Shown here: in pieces, positions 1-7,812 of the stretch
Numbering within the stretch: position 1 is the first letter of the stretch
Layout of the letters: the number at the start of each line of letters is the position of its first letter
Source: Candidatus Saccharimonadota bacterium
GTDB lineage: Bacteria; Patescibacteriota; Saccharimonadia; Saccharimonadales; Saccharimonadaceae
Reading direction: 5' to 3'
Assembly: GCA_023898645.1 (NCBI GenBank)
Contig: CP060232.1
Coordinates: 300,001-332,000 of the forward strand
Length of the DNA: 32,000 nt
Notes under the pieces: generated by a model
Seen by the model: only the letters and a program-made list of their open reading frames with translations
The model's database searches: none
What the model was told of the DNA's origin: nothing
Translations under genes and position numbers: made by a program

Positions 1-149
1 GACTGCCCGTGGATGGCGACGAATTCACCTTGTCGGATGTTCAGAGTGATGTCGTCGAGCAAAGTTTCGCCCGCAGTTGTCGTTACTGATAGGTTTTTGG
101 CATGTATGCCTAGTTTGTGAGTATTAGGGCTGTAGTCGGGATTTGTCAT
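1..149 (-). CDS. ABC transporter ATP-binding protein, N-terminal fragment (continues beyond window edge)
   Basis: Minus-strand translation from ATG 149-147 gives MTNPDYSPNTHKLGIHAKNLSVTTTAGETLLDDITLNIRQGEFVAIHGQS. This is a typical ABC NBD N-terminus running into the Walker A loop. The start overlaps the stop of the upstream permease (ATGA). Confidence 0.7.
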   Translation of the reverse strand, partial: MTNPDYSPNTHKLGIHAKNLSVTTTAGETLLDDITLNIRQGEFVAIHGQ

Positions 150-1606
150 ACGCCACTCCTCAGTTCTGCGGCACGGTCAATCTTGTCAATCATGCGATTT
201 CTAAACACCGACGTTGCGGCAGTAGAAAGTGCAAGTGCGAAATAGCCGGCACCGACCGCCGAAACGTTGACCGCTTCAGCGATGCCAAACTGTGACGAGT
301 TGTACACTTCTGCCAAAACGGCAGCGGCCGCGAGCGAAGGACCTGTTGCTACGAGAGTGTCTTTGTGAGCGGCGATGTTGTAGGATCGCTTGATTTGCTT
401 TTTATCTACACCCTGACTTAGGAGCATGCCTATGTTTTTACGTCGCATCAAAATTTCAGACGTCTGCATGCCGGCGATTGCCGATGAGCCAAGTGCGAGA
501 CTGGATAGGATGAGAATCATTTGAGGCGGCTTTACGCTATGATCCCAGAAATCTTTATAACGTTGCTCAAAACCAGCAAATGAATCGGCTTTGTAGACGG
601 GGCTAATCTGCTCACGAACTTGAGCTTGTAGCTCAGCTTGCTTGCCGTCTAGACCGAGGGCCAACGCGCCAGAAATAGGTAGGCCAGGGTATAGGCATTT
701 TTCAACCTGTTCGAGCGAACTGATTACCCCGACGCGATCAAGTCCTGGCTTTTGGTTAACCGTGCCAACGACGGTTGCTGAACGGTCATTTATTAGTGCT
801 TTGTTTCCAACTTTGACGCCAAGCTGATCACCAACGATGATCGACATGTCGTCGCAGTTTTCAATTGCTGGCATAGAGACGCCAAGACTTTTCTCTATGA
901 CTGCGTTCGGAACGGCGATAATTGGTGCGCTTGATGGATTGCTTTTTGCGTCAGGATTCTTAATGTCGCCAAGCGCAGCGATGAAAGGAACTGGAGTGCC
1001 ACCGTCTTTTATGATGATGTCACTTACGGCTGCGTAATCGATAGTTGTCGTATTAAGAGGAAGAACTTCCGAACCCATTATTAATGGCGTGTTGTTCATG
1101 TCGGCGCCCATCATTTCGGCCATACCTTTAATAGGCTCATTTGCGCCTTCGCTGGCCGCAAAGCCCAGCCCAGAAGCGCCCACGACGAGGCCCATTACAC
1201 CGGCAGTAAAGAGTCTTCGTCCGCGGCGACTTGTCTGATGAGTGATGTCGTGCATGGCTGCCAGTTGGCCGTCAGGATTGCGACGACGATTTAACCAAAG
1301 TGCACCACCGCCTACTAGACCGAGAGCGAGAACTGACGGACCATAATCACGTAGATCATCGGTCGCCGTAATAAGGGCTTCGGTGCCAGCTGAACTGACA
1401 CTTGGAGTCGGCGTGAAACCGGTGTCATTAAAGAAATCATGCGCTTGATGCGTATTTGCGCCTGCTAATACTCCTCCAGCTATCGCTACTCCGGCCATGA
1501 TTTTGGCCGTACGCGAAAAGCGGTGCTTTTCATTATTACGAGACTGCGTAGAATTTGCTTCAACTTTCGGAGCACGCTTCTCGGTAGATATTACTGCTTT
1601 TGACAT
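146..1606 (-). CDS. ABC transporter permease, FtsX/MacB-like
   Basis: 486-aa ORF with an N-terminal TM helix and a large external domain. The C-terminal TM bundle carries an FtsX-type loop (MRRKNIGMLLSQGVDKKQIKRSY). It is translationally coupled to the ABC ATPase downstream. Confidence 0.75.
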   Translation of the reverse strand: MSKAVISTEKRAPKVEANSTQSRNNEKHRFSRTAKIMAGVAIAGGVLAGANTHQAHDFFNDTGFTPTPSVSSAGTEALITATDDLRDYGPSVLALGLVGGGALWLNRRRNPDGQLAAMHDITHQTSRRGRRLFTAGVMGLVVGASGLGFAASEGANEPIKGMAEMMGADMNNTPLIMGSEVLPLNTTTIDYAAVSDIIIKDGGTPVPFIAALGDIKNPDAKSNPSSAPIIAVPNAVIEKSLGVSMPAIENCDDMSIIVGDQLGVKVGNKALINDRSATVVGTVNQKPGLDRVGVISSLEQVEKCLYPGLPISGALALGLDGKQAELQAQVREQISPVYKADSFAGFEQRYKDFWDHSVKPPQMILILSSLALGSSAIAGMQTSEILMRRKNIGMLLSQGVDKKQIKRSYNIAAHKDTLVATGPSLAAAAVLAEVYNSSQFGIAEAVNVSAVGAGYFALALSTAATSVFRNRMIDKIDRAAELRSGV

Positions 1607-1682
1607 AATTAATAAGCTCCTAATTAAAGTAAATTATAATACTATATACACAAAAAAGCAAGCACTTTAAATACATATAACT

Positions 1683-1710
1683 ATTGATTTTGTAAGTAAA
1701 AGTTGTATAA
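1683..1710 (+). promoter_or_regulatory. sigma70-like promoter (TTGATT-16 nt-TATAAT)
   Basis: TTGATT at 1683-1688 and TATAAT at 1705-1710, in an AT-rich gap. The predicted TSS is near 1717. Confidence 0.5.
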
Positions 1711-1717
1711 TAATTAA

Positions 1718-1945
1718 AGTAAGCCTTTGCTTGCAAAGCAGATTGGGCGGTTTGCCCATGTACTTTGAAAGGACTCCACCTATGGTACCGCATGTAGGTC
1801 TAGAAGCGTACCTCGTAGAGCGCTATATGGCGTTTTTGCGAATCGTTGGCAATGTCAGCGAAGCGATTACGACCGTTCAGATTCGAATGGATGAGCGACC
1901 ACGTGCAGCGAAGTCACTGATGAAGCGAATCACAAGGAGGAACAA
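1718..1945 (+). promoter_or_regulatory. ~228-nt leader upstream of a 50-aa peptide gene (alternatively a 56-63 aa ORF ending at 1949)
   Basis: Composition is like coding or structured sequence (about 50% GC), unlike the flanking AT-rich DNA. It contains local hairpins at 1744-1756 and 1783-1811. An in-frame ORF (ATG 1758 or 1781) stops at TGA 1947-1949, which overlaps ATG 1946. Confidence 0.3.
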
Positions 1946-2098
1946 ATGAGAAAGTGTGCAGGATTCATGTTCAATGGCGTGATGATCATCGGGTCGATTA
2001 CGACACTTGTTGCCCGAGGCTTCGTCGAGCACCCTGTCGAAGAGTACAGGCATCAGCGTAAGCACGGCTTCCTGAACGCCAGCTTCTGGAAATCCTAA
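1946..2098 (+). CDS. small membrane peptide (50 aa), hypothetical
   Basis: A consensus SD (AAGGAGG, 1934-1940) lies 5 nt upstream of the ATG. The product is MRKCAGFMFNGVMIIGSITTLVARGFVEHPVEEYRHQRKHGFLNASFWKS, with one hydrophobic helix. Two intrinsic terminators follow directly. Confidence 0.5.
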   Translation: MRKCAGFMFNGVMIIGSITTLVARGFVEHPVEEYRHQRKHGFLNASFWKS

Positions 2099-2108
2099 CC
2101 ACCTCGAC

Positions 2109-2154
2109 GGCGGGGAAGTGTAAATTTATTTTGCACCTCCCCGCCACTTTTTTT
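2109..2154 (+). terminator. rho-independent terminator
   Basis: GGCGGGGAAGTG (2109-2120) pairs with CACCTCCCCGCC (2134-2145). A T-run follows at 2148-2154. Confidence 0.8.
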
Positions 2155-2157
2155 AAT

Positions 2158-2175
2158 GACCCGGAAGGGTCTTTT
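2158..2175 (+). terminator. second tandem terminator hairpin
   Basis: GACCC-GGAA-GGGTC followed by TTTT (2172-2175). Confidence 0.55.
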
Positions 2176-2266
2176 ATATTGCAATTTTTTATTATTTATG
2201 TTAAAATAAATAAAAGTGATAAACAAATGATATTTGAAAGAGAATATAATAATAACTAGGTGAGAT

Positions 2267-3706
2267 ATGGCTGAAATTACGACGAATAACAGCGGAAACG
2301 AATACAGGACCTCTGAAGAGAGGGATGCTGTTAATGGGCGCCTAAAGGCAGAAGGTGGTGAATGGACGTCGATGCCGCCGGACTACACTACGTTTTCTCG
2401 TGATCTGATGTTTCGTAAGCTCGATGAAGTTCATAAAGTTGTCAACGAAGAGACCGATGCCGACAAGGCAGAGATTGACGAAGCCTACGAACAAAGCGCT
2501 CGCTTTTTAGATAAATCATTTGACATGTATCTCGGTGAAAAGGCGCTCGATCTTTCAATAGCGCGAGCGTTTGTTGTGCCTATGCGGTCAGATCGAGCGA
2601 ATGAAAGTTATGCTAGCGAATCGATCCCATTCATGCCGTTATTGGATCCGAACAGGTTTGCAGTTGGCTCAGAGATTCGCATGCGAGCCATCTACGGGCT
2701 ACCTCCAACCGTACTAGACACGTATACCAAGAGTGATCGTAAAGGTGAGGCAGGTGCGCTGGTACTTGCGCCACTGTACAACGACATGGAGCATGACATC
2801 CGACAGGATAAATATAATTATGAGCAACGGATACGTCTACTAGAAGTTGGCGGTCATGTTTTGCGTCATACGGTTGATTTCGCACACAAGCAGCTAGGCG
2901 CACGAGTAATCGGACTTGGCGCAACCTTACCTAAGATTACAGGTTTTGGCAATGTGCTACGTAGCATGGAAGGTATGGGCAATTTGATTACGACGACAGG
3001 GCACGGCGGAACCGTCTATATGATCGTAGAAACTGCTCGCAAAATCATGGAGGAGACATCGATTGTCTCTGAAGGCAAGATCGGCGTCATCGGCGGCGCG
3101 GGTTCTATAGGCTGGGCAAGTACTATAGCCACTTTGGAAATGATTAAAGATCACAAAATTTATAGTTTCGATACAAGAGACACGCGGCTACACGGCATGG
3201 TGGCAAAATCACATAAGGAAAATGAAATTAGCGTCCTTGGCAGCATAGCTGATGTTTTGTGCGATACGAATATCATCATAACTGCTGTGACGGGCCGTAT
3301 TGACTTGGATGACCCGCAATTCGACGGTATTGATTTGACTGGCAAAGTCATCATTGACGACAGTCAGCCTGGTTGTTTTGACATGGCTCAAGTTGAGGCG
3401 CGAGGTGGCAAGTTAGTATGGGTCGTTGGAGAAGATGGCAGCGACACTGGTTTCATGACTCGCGATGGTTATCATACTAACGGCATACCATACAATTACG
3501 GAGATCGATCTGGTCTTTGGGGCTCGGCATCTGAGTTTGCATGTGGGCAGGAAGCGGCTGTCATCGCAAAGTATGCCGCGTACGACAGGGCAATACACGA
3601 CCCCGTCACGCCAAACAATGTACGTGAGGTTGGTAAGTACCTTCAAAGGTCAGGTGCACGCGTAGCGCCGTTCCAGGCTTTCGGACAACGTGTACATATC
3701 GACTAG
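2267..3706 (+). CDS. NAD(P)-dependent oxidoreductase, acyl-ACP reductase (AAR)-like / shikimate-DH-like fold, with ~200-aa N-terminal extension
   Basis: 479-aa ORF with SD AGGTGAG. It has a Rossmann motif GVIGGAGSIGWA. TTTGHGGTVYMIVETA, IIDDSQPG and EFACGQEA resemble AAR motifs recalled from memory (TTGNTHTAYVICRQVE, LIDGGYP, MFACFAEA with the catalytic Cys). Confidence 0.55.
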   Translation: MAEITTNNSGNEYRTSEERDAVNGRLKAEGGEWTSMPPDYTTFSRDLMFRKLDEVHKVVNEETDADKAEIDEAYEQSARFLDKSFDMYLGEKALDLSIARAFVVPMRSDRANESYASESIPFMPLLDPNRFAVGSEIRMRAIYGLPPTVLDTYTKSDRKGEAGALVLAPLYNDMEHDIRQDKYNYEQRIRLLEVGGHVLRHTVDFAHKQLGARVIGLGATLPKITGFGNVLRSMEGMGNLITTTGHGGTVYMIVETARKIMEETSIVSEGKIGVIGGAGSIGWASTIATLEMIKDHKIYSFDTRDTRLHGMVAKSHKENEISVLGSIADVLCDTNIIITAVTGRIDLDDPQFDGIDLTGKVIIDDSQPGCFDMAQVEARGGKLVWVVGEDGSDTGFMTRDGYHTNGIPYNYGDRSGLWGSASEFACGQEAAVIAKYAAYDRAIHDPVTPNNVREVGKYLQRSGARVAPFQAFGQRVHID

Positions 3707-3719
3707 AATCTGATTAAAT

Positions 3720-3746
3720 GGTCATAAGCGTAAGCGGCTTATGATC
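3720..3746 (+). promoter_or_regulatory. 10-bp hairpin ending 3 nt before the kinase start codon
   Basis: GGTCATAAGC (3720-3729) pairs with GCTTATGATC (3737-3746). One G.U pair is valid only on the plus strand. There is no U-run, so this is more likely a translation or processing element than a terminator. Confidence 0.35.
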
Positions 3747-3748
3747 AT

Positions 3749-5986
3749 ATGTATTCACTGCGTATAGCTATCCTCTCAATTGTAGTCATCATTAACTTGG
3801 TGGTGGTTTGGATTGTCGCGTCACAAAGTTGGCGCTTAAAGATTAATCGCTACTTTGTATTCGGTGTTGTATGTGTCATATTATGGGCTCTTGGGGCGAT
3901 ATTACTGATAGCCGGCACGACGACAGATTTAGTTTCCATAGGTCGAGTGCTGTTTTTAATCGCACCGATGTATACGATATTTTTCTTATCGATGTTCGCG
4001 GCGGTCTTTCCCGCCGACAAGGGCGTGTCGCTTACGGTAGTTAATCTATTTCTGGGTATTTTGACCGCCGTATTTTCCATCTATATTCTGATAGATCCAA
4101 CGCAATTAGTCCCTACGTCGTTGCTCCGCGCTGGTAATAATCATTTTGTTGTTAACCCGTACTGGTATACGGTCTATACGGTTTATTTTAATCTCGCGTT
4201 TCTTATAACATTCGGTGAATTTTTCCGTAATATGCGGAGATCGAAGCGACATTATCTGCGACAACAGGCGCTCTACGTATTTACAGGTACGTTCGTGTCT
4301 GCGGTTCTTGCGCTTGTGACAAACTTGATGCTGCCAGTATTTGGTATTGGCGACTTCATATGGCTAGGTCCATCGTGGACATTGTTTTACGTTTTGACCG
4401 TTAGTATTTCTATAGTCAAGCATCAATTGTTTGACATTAAGTTAGCGGCTGTTCGCAGTATTGCGTACGTTAGCGTCTTGCTAACGCTGTCGTTGGTGTA
4501 TTACGTTATCGCGTATGTCACCTCAGTTTTTGTCATTGGTGCTCAAACGACAAACGCCATTAGTTTGAGCCCTGTCAATATCATGCTGGCATTAGTACTG
4601 GCCTTTTTGTTCCAGCCCGTTAAGCACTTTTTTGACAAGCTGACAGACAACATATTTTATCGTGACAACTATAGGAGCGAGGAGTTTTTTGCATCGCTGA
4701 GCTTGCTGCTAACGTCGACGACCGAGTTGAGAGGTCTACTTGAGAGAGCGTCAAGGCAATTGGTGACGACATTTAAGGCCGATCAGGCGTTGTTTTCCCT
4801 CACTTACAAAAATGAGATTGAGCATCACATGTCTGCCGGTACGCACGGTCACGCACAACTGCCCGTACATGACACTAAATTGCTTGACGAGTACGTAAGC
4901 ACGACCAATGAAAGCATCTTTTTGACTGGATTGCTCGATGACGAGTCGAAACTAAGACGCATGCTTGTGAGCCACAAGGTTGCGCTTGTCATGCCGCTGC
5001 GTCAGGCGGAAAAAATTATTGGGTATGTTTTGCTTGGCGAACGTTTAAGCGGTAACTACACTCGGCGAGACCTGAACGTGCTATTGGCGATTAGTAATGA
5101 ATTAGTCATTGCTATCCAAAACGCCCTGTCGCTTCACGAAGTGAAGGAGCTAAACGCGACATTGCAACAGCGTATTAATGTGGCAACCAAGGAGCTTCGC
5201 TCGAGCAACGCACAGTTGAAGCACATAGATGAAGTAAAAGATGAATTCATGAGCATGGCATCGCATCAGCTGCGAACGCCACTTACTAGCGTTAAGGGCT
5301 ACTTGAGTATGGTGATTGAAGGTGACGCTGGTAATATAACTTTGCAGCAACAAAAATTGCTCATGGAGGCGTTTAAAAGTAGTGAACGTATGGTGGGGTT
5401 GATTAATGACTTTTTGAACGTGTCTCGTCTGCAGACTGGTCGATTTATCATCGATAAAGTTGGCTTTGACTTAGGCACGGTCGTTAAGCAAGAAGTATTC
5501 GACCTGAATCTGATTGCAAGAACTCATGGTATAAAGCTACGACTTAACTCAACGAAACAGCCGTTGCCGATCGTGGCCGACGAGTCGAAGGTTCGTCAGG
5601 TTATCATGAACTATATCGACAATGCAATCTATTATTCACATATAAATAGCACAGTGGTCATTAACCTGGAAAAGGTGGGTGAAACTGCAGCGTTGACGGT
5701 TGTCGACACGGGAATTGGTGTACCAAAGGACGAGCAGGAGCGATTGTTTAACAAGTTTTTCCGCGCCAAAAATGCCCGCAAGGCACGCCCGGATGGTACG
5801 GGAGTAGGTCTCTACCTTGCTAGGCGTGTCATATCTGCACATGGCGGTGAGATTATCTTTAGCTCTCAAGAAGGCAAGGGGAGTACGTTTGGCTTCCGTA
5901 TACCTTTAAGCAAAACGCCTATAAAGAACGCGCAAACTGAAACCAAGCTCGAAACGGAGCAGGCGGCTCTTACCGAGGCCAAATAA
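3749..5986 (+). CDS. sensor histidine kinase (N-terminal multi-TM HisKA_7TM-like region, GAF-like domain, HisKA, HATPase_c)
   Basis: 745 aa. About 9 TM helices are followed by IVKHQLFDIKL. The H-box is MASHQLRTPLTSVKGY. The N, G1 and G2 boxes are NYIDNAIYYS, DTGIGVP and GTGVGLYLA. Confidence 0.9.
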   Translation: MYSLRIAILSIVVIINLVVVWIVASQSWRLKINRYFVFGVVCVILWALGAILLIAGTTTDLVSIGRVLFLIAPMYTIFFLSMFAAVFPADKGVSLTVVNLFLGILTAVFSIYILIDPTQLVPTSLLRAGNNHFVVNPYWYTVYTVYFNLAFLITFGEFFRNMRRSKRHYLRQQALYVFTGTFVSAVLALVTNLMLPVFGIGDFIWLGPSWTLFYVLTVSISIVKHQLFDIKLAAVRSIAYVSVLLTLSLVYYVIAYVTSVFVIGAQTTNAISLSPVNIMLALVLAFLFQPVKHFFDKLTDNIFYRDNYRSEEFFASLSLLLTSTTELRGLLERASRQLVTTFKADQALFSLTYKNEIEHHMSAGTHGHAQLPVHDTKLLDEYVSTTNESIFLTGLLDDESKLRRMLVSHKVALVMPLRQAEKIIGYVLLGERLSGNYTRRDLNVLLAISNELVIAIQNALSLHEVKELNATLQQRINVATKELRSSNAQLKHIDEVKDEFMSMASHQLRTPLTSVKGYLSMVIEGDAGNITLQQQKLLMEAFKSSERMVGLINDFLNVSRLQTGRFIIDKVGFDLGTVVKQEVFDLNLIARTHGIKLRLNSTKQPLPIVADESKVRQVIMNYIDNAIYYSHINSTVVINLEKVGETAALTVVDTGIGVPKDEQERLFNKFFRAKNARKARPDGTGVGLYLARRVISAHGGEIIFSSQEGKGSTFGFRIPLSKTPIKNAQTETKLETEQAALTEAK

Positions 5987-6185
5987 TACTGATAAGTCCG
6001 ATAACAACGAGTAGGGCGGCAAGCACTATACCGATAATTGGTAATAGTGGCTTGATTGATTGGCGATGATCAACCCACCACTGGTGAGCGGGATGTCGTT
6101 TAACGGCGCTAACTTTTAAAATCGTTGGACGAGTTTCAGCAGTACTACCTTTGTATTTCTTGTTGCGTTTCTTTTTATTGCTCAT
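5970..6185 (-). CDS. small tail-anchored membrane protein (71 aa), hypothetical
   Basis: Lys-rich N-terminus (MSNKKKRNKKYK) and a single C-terminal TM helix (LLPIIGIVLAALLVVIGLISIIW). TATTATACT lies just upstream. Its end overlaps the kinase stop convergently by 17 nt. Confidence 0.45.
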   Translation of the reverse strand: MSNKKKRNKKYKGSTAETRPTILKVSAVKRHPAHQWWVDHRQSIKPLLPIIGIVLAALLVVIGLISIIWPR

Positions 6186-6225
6186 ATCTTACTTTAGTAT
6201 AATACGAATAATTCATTACAAACAA

Positions 6226-6253
6226 ATAACCCCCGTATTAATACGGGGGTTAT
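6226..6253 (-). terminator. terminator hairpin downstream of the LPXTG gene
   Basis: ATAACCCCCGTA-TTAA-TACGGGGGTTAT is a perfect 12-bp stem. On the minus strand a T-rich tract (TTGTTTGTAAT) follows. Confidence 0.7.
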
Positions 6254-6306
6254 TTGGGAGATTTTCGAGAGCCCACACTACTCGATTGGGAGCGGTCAGG
6301 CTTGTA

Positions 6307-7521
6307 CTAGCGTCGTAGCAGATTTCGTACACGCGCGCTGGTAGCGGCGTATGCGAGGCCGGCAGTCGTGGCGCCAAGACCGATAAAGGTCATGATGCCA
6401 GCGCTTGGGCCGGTTTGTGGTAGTACGGTTGGAACGTCTTGGCAAGGTTTAGTAACTACTACGTCAGCAGTTGCTTCCTTGTACAAGTCGTTGTTTACCG
6501 TTACGCGAACCTTGTTGGTATACGTTTTTGTACCACAGACGAGTGAGCCGCTATCGACTTTCGCCTTGAATTTAACATATGCGTTAGCATTGTCAGCATA
6601 GTTGCCAACATTTACGCCAGTGCCGTTTGTCAGGTTATTTGACAGAGTCAACGGGCTTGTGTTTGCAGCATTTGTCAACTGAGTCGAACCTGGTACGTAG
6701 GTGATGCCTTTTGGCAACGTATCTTGGAACCAGACGTTGTCTTGCTCTTCACCGCTAGTATTTTGGTATCCGAGCAAATAGTCGACTGTGTCGCCAGGTT
6801 TAACATTAACTGAACTGTGCCAGCCAGTTGTGCCATCTTTGCGGACTTGCTTGGTAACGTTGAAGTTCGCAGCGAACTGTGGCGTTACGTTGAAGCTCAG
6901 ATAGCCGGCATATTGCATACAACCAGGGATGTTGCCATCAAGTTTGTCATAGCCGAGCAGGGCGCCAGCACTAGTGAAGACGCTTTCTGAAATTGGTGTA
7001 CCGTTGGCGCCGAAGTAGTTGTTTTCATACTTTAGCGAGTTTGGTACGTATGCCAAGTTGAAGTTCTGGCTATTGCTAAAAGTAGCGTCATCATAAACTT
7101 CGGTTGGCGTAGCGTTGCTTGAATCAATGAAACCATCGACTCGAATTGATTTGCCGGTGGTAGTTGGCAAGTTGAACTTTGCGGTTACGTTCTGGGCAAC
7201 CAAGTTGAGGTTGCTTGCTGCGTTGTTGTGGACATACATACGAACTGTGTATGTTTTGCCCGGCTGAACTGTCATGTTGTCAGTCCAGGTGTTGGTAGTA
7301 CCCGCTTCGCGGATACCAACGAAATCTCGCTCGTCACCGATATTTGGGTTGTCGGTGATAGAGTTGAACGTCACGTGGTCAGAAGGGTTCTGAATTGTGA
7401 ACGTTGGGCGGCTTGGCCCCCATGCTAAAAGCACGGCAGGTACCAAAACGACACCAGCAACTGTTGCTACAAGAGCGACGAGTCGTGGTGAACGCTTAAT
7501 GGCGTTAAAAACTGCTTTCAT
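6307..7521 (-). CDS. LPXTG cell-wall-anchored surface protein
   Basis: 404 aa with an N-terminal signal/TM segment. The C-terminal sorting signal is LPQTG, a hydrophobic stretch and RVRNLLRR. The Asn/Thr-rich beta-type domains are typical of Gram-positive surface proteins. SD AGGAGA. Confidence 0.85.
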   Translation of the reverse strand: MKAVFNAIKRSPRLVALVATVAGVVLVPAVLLAWGPSRPTFTIQNPSDHVTFNSITDNPNIGDERDFVGIREAGTTNTWTDNMTVQPGKTYTVRMYVHNNAASNLNLVAQNVTAKFNLPTTTGKSIRVDGFIDSSNATPTEVYDDATFSNSQNFNLAYVPNSLKYENNYFGANGTPISESVFTSAGALLGYDKLDGNIPGCMQYAGYLSFNVTPQFAANFNVTKQVRKDGTTGWHSSVNVKPGDTVDYLLGYQNTSGEEQDNVWFQDTLPKGITYVPGSTQLTNAANTSPLTLSNNLTNGTGVNVGNYADNANAYVKFKAKVDSGSLVCGTKTYTNKVRVTVNNDLYKEATADVVVTKPCQDVPTVLPQTGPSAGIMTFIGLGATTAGLAYAATSARVRNLLRR

Positions 7522-7568
7522 ACATTCTCCTATCTAGCACCCACCTGCCAGAATTAATAATTAAAAAA

Positions 7569-7596
7569 ATTGTAATGCTACGAAGCTAATTGTTAA
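7569..7596 (-). promoter_or_regulatory. sigma70-like promoter for the LPXTG gene (TTAACA-16 nt-TACAAT)
   Basis: On the minus strand, TTAACA is at 7596-7591 and TACAAT at 7574-7569. This leaves a roughly 40-nt leader containing the SD. Confidence 0.5.
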
Positions 7597-7604
7597 GGCG
7601 CTAC

Positions 7605-7772
7605 AGAGCTACCTTGATATCTATCAGTCGAAGCGAATTTCAAGCAGCTGCCATGATTTGTTGTATGTTTTTTCGTGACAAGGTGGATCTGAATGATCCA
7701 TCGCGAAGCGAAAAACAGACAACAAGTGGCAGACCTTGGGATTGAGCCGATTGATAGATGTTAAGTAGCTCT
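7605..7772. ncRNA. 168-nt rod-like imperfect hairpin (candidate structured ncRNA or MITE/ERIC-like palindrome); strand unresolved
   Basis: Nested helices are 7605-7612/7765-7772, 7614-7630/7748-7764, 7636-7644/7735-7743, 7648-7653/7727-7732, 7658-7664/7719-7725, 7667-7675/7709-7716 and an apical 7685-7689/7695-7699. No credible ORF is present. Confidence 0.4.
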
Positions 7773-7773
7773 A

Positions 7774-7797
7774 AAATCAGATCATTACAAACTATGT
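7774..7797. repeat. inverted repeat copy A (AAATCAGATCATTACA-nnn-TATGT)
   Basis: 16/16 identity, and 21/24 overall, to the reverse complement of 9364-9387. Confidence 0.8.
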
Positions 7798-7812
7798 AGG
7801 GGATAACTCCGA

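Noticed and set aside
1776-1795. T-box riboswitch. CTATGGTACCGCAT resembles the T-box core GGGTGGTACCGCG.
   Set aside because: The motif lies about 60 nt from the predicted TSS rather than in a 3' antiterminator. No specifier or stem I features or terminator/antiterminator pair were seen, and the downstream gene is not an aaRS or amino-acid gene.
1877-2065. Minus-strand 62-aa ORF antisense to the small-peptide unit.
   Set aside because: It has no SD or promoter. The plus-strand signals (promoter, consensus SD, tandem terminators) explain the locus better.
7605-7772. SRP (4.5S) RNA or 6S RNA assignment for the rod hairpin.
   Set aside because: The apical loop is TGAAT rather than a GNAR tetraloop, and the conserved AGCA/GGAA symmetric-loop pattern is not in place. 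On the better-pairing plus strand there is no large central bubble as expected for 6S. It is kept as an unclassified structure instead.
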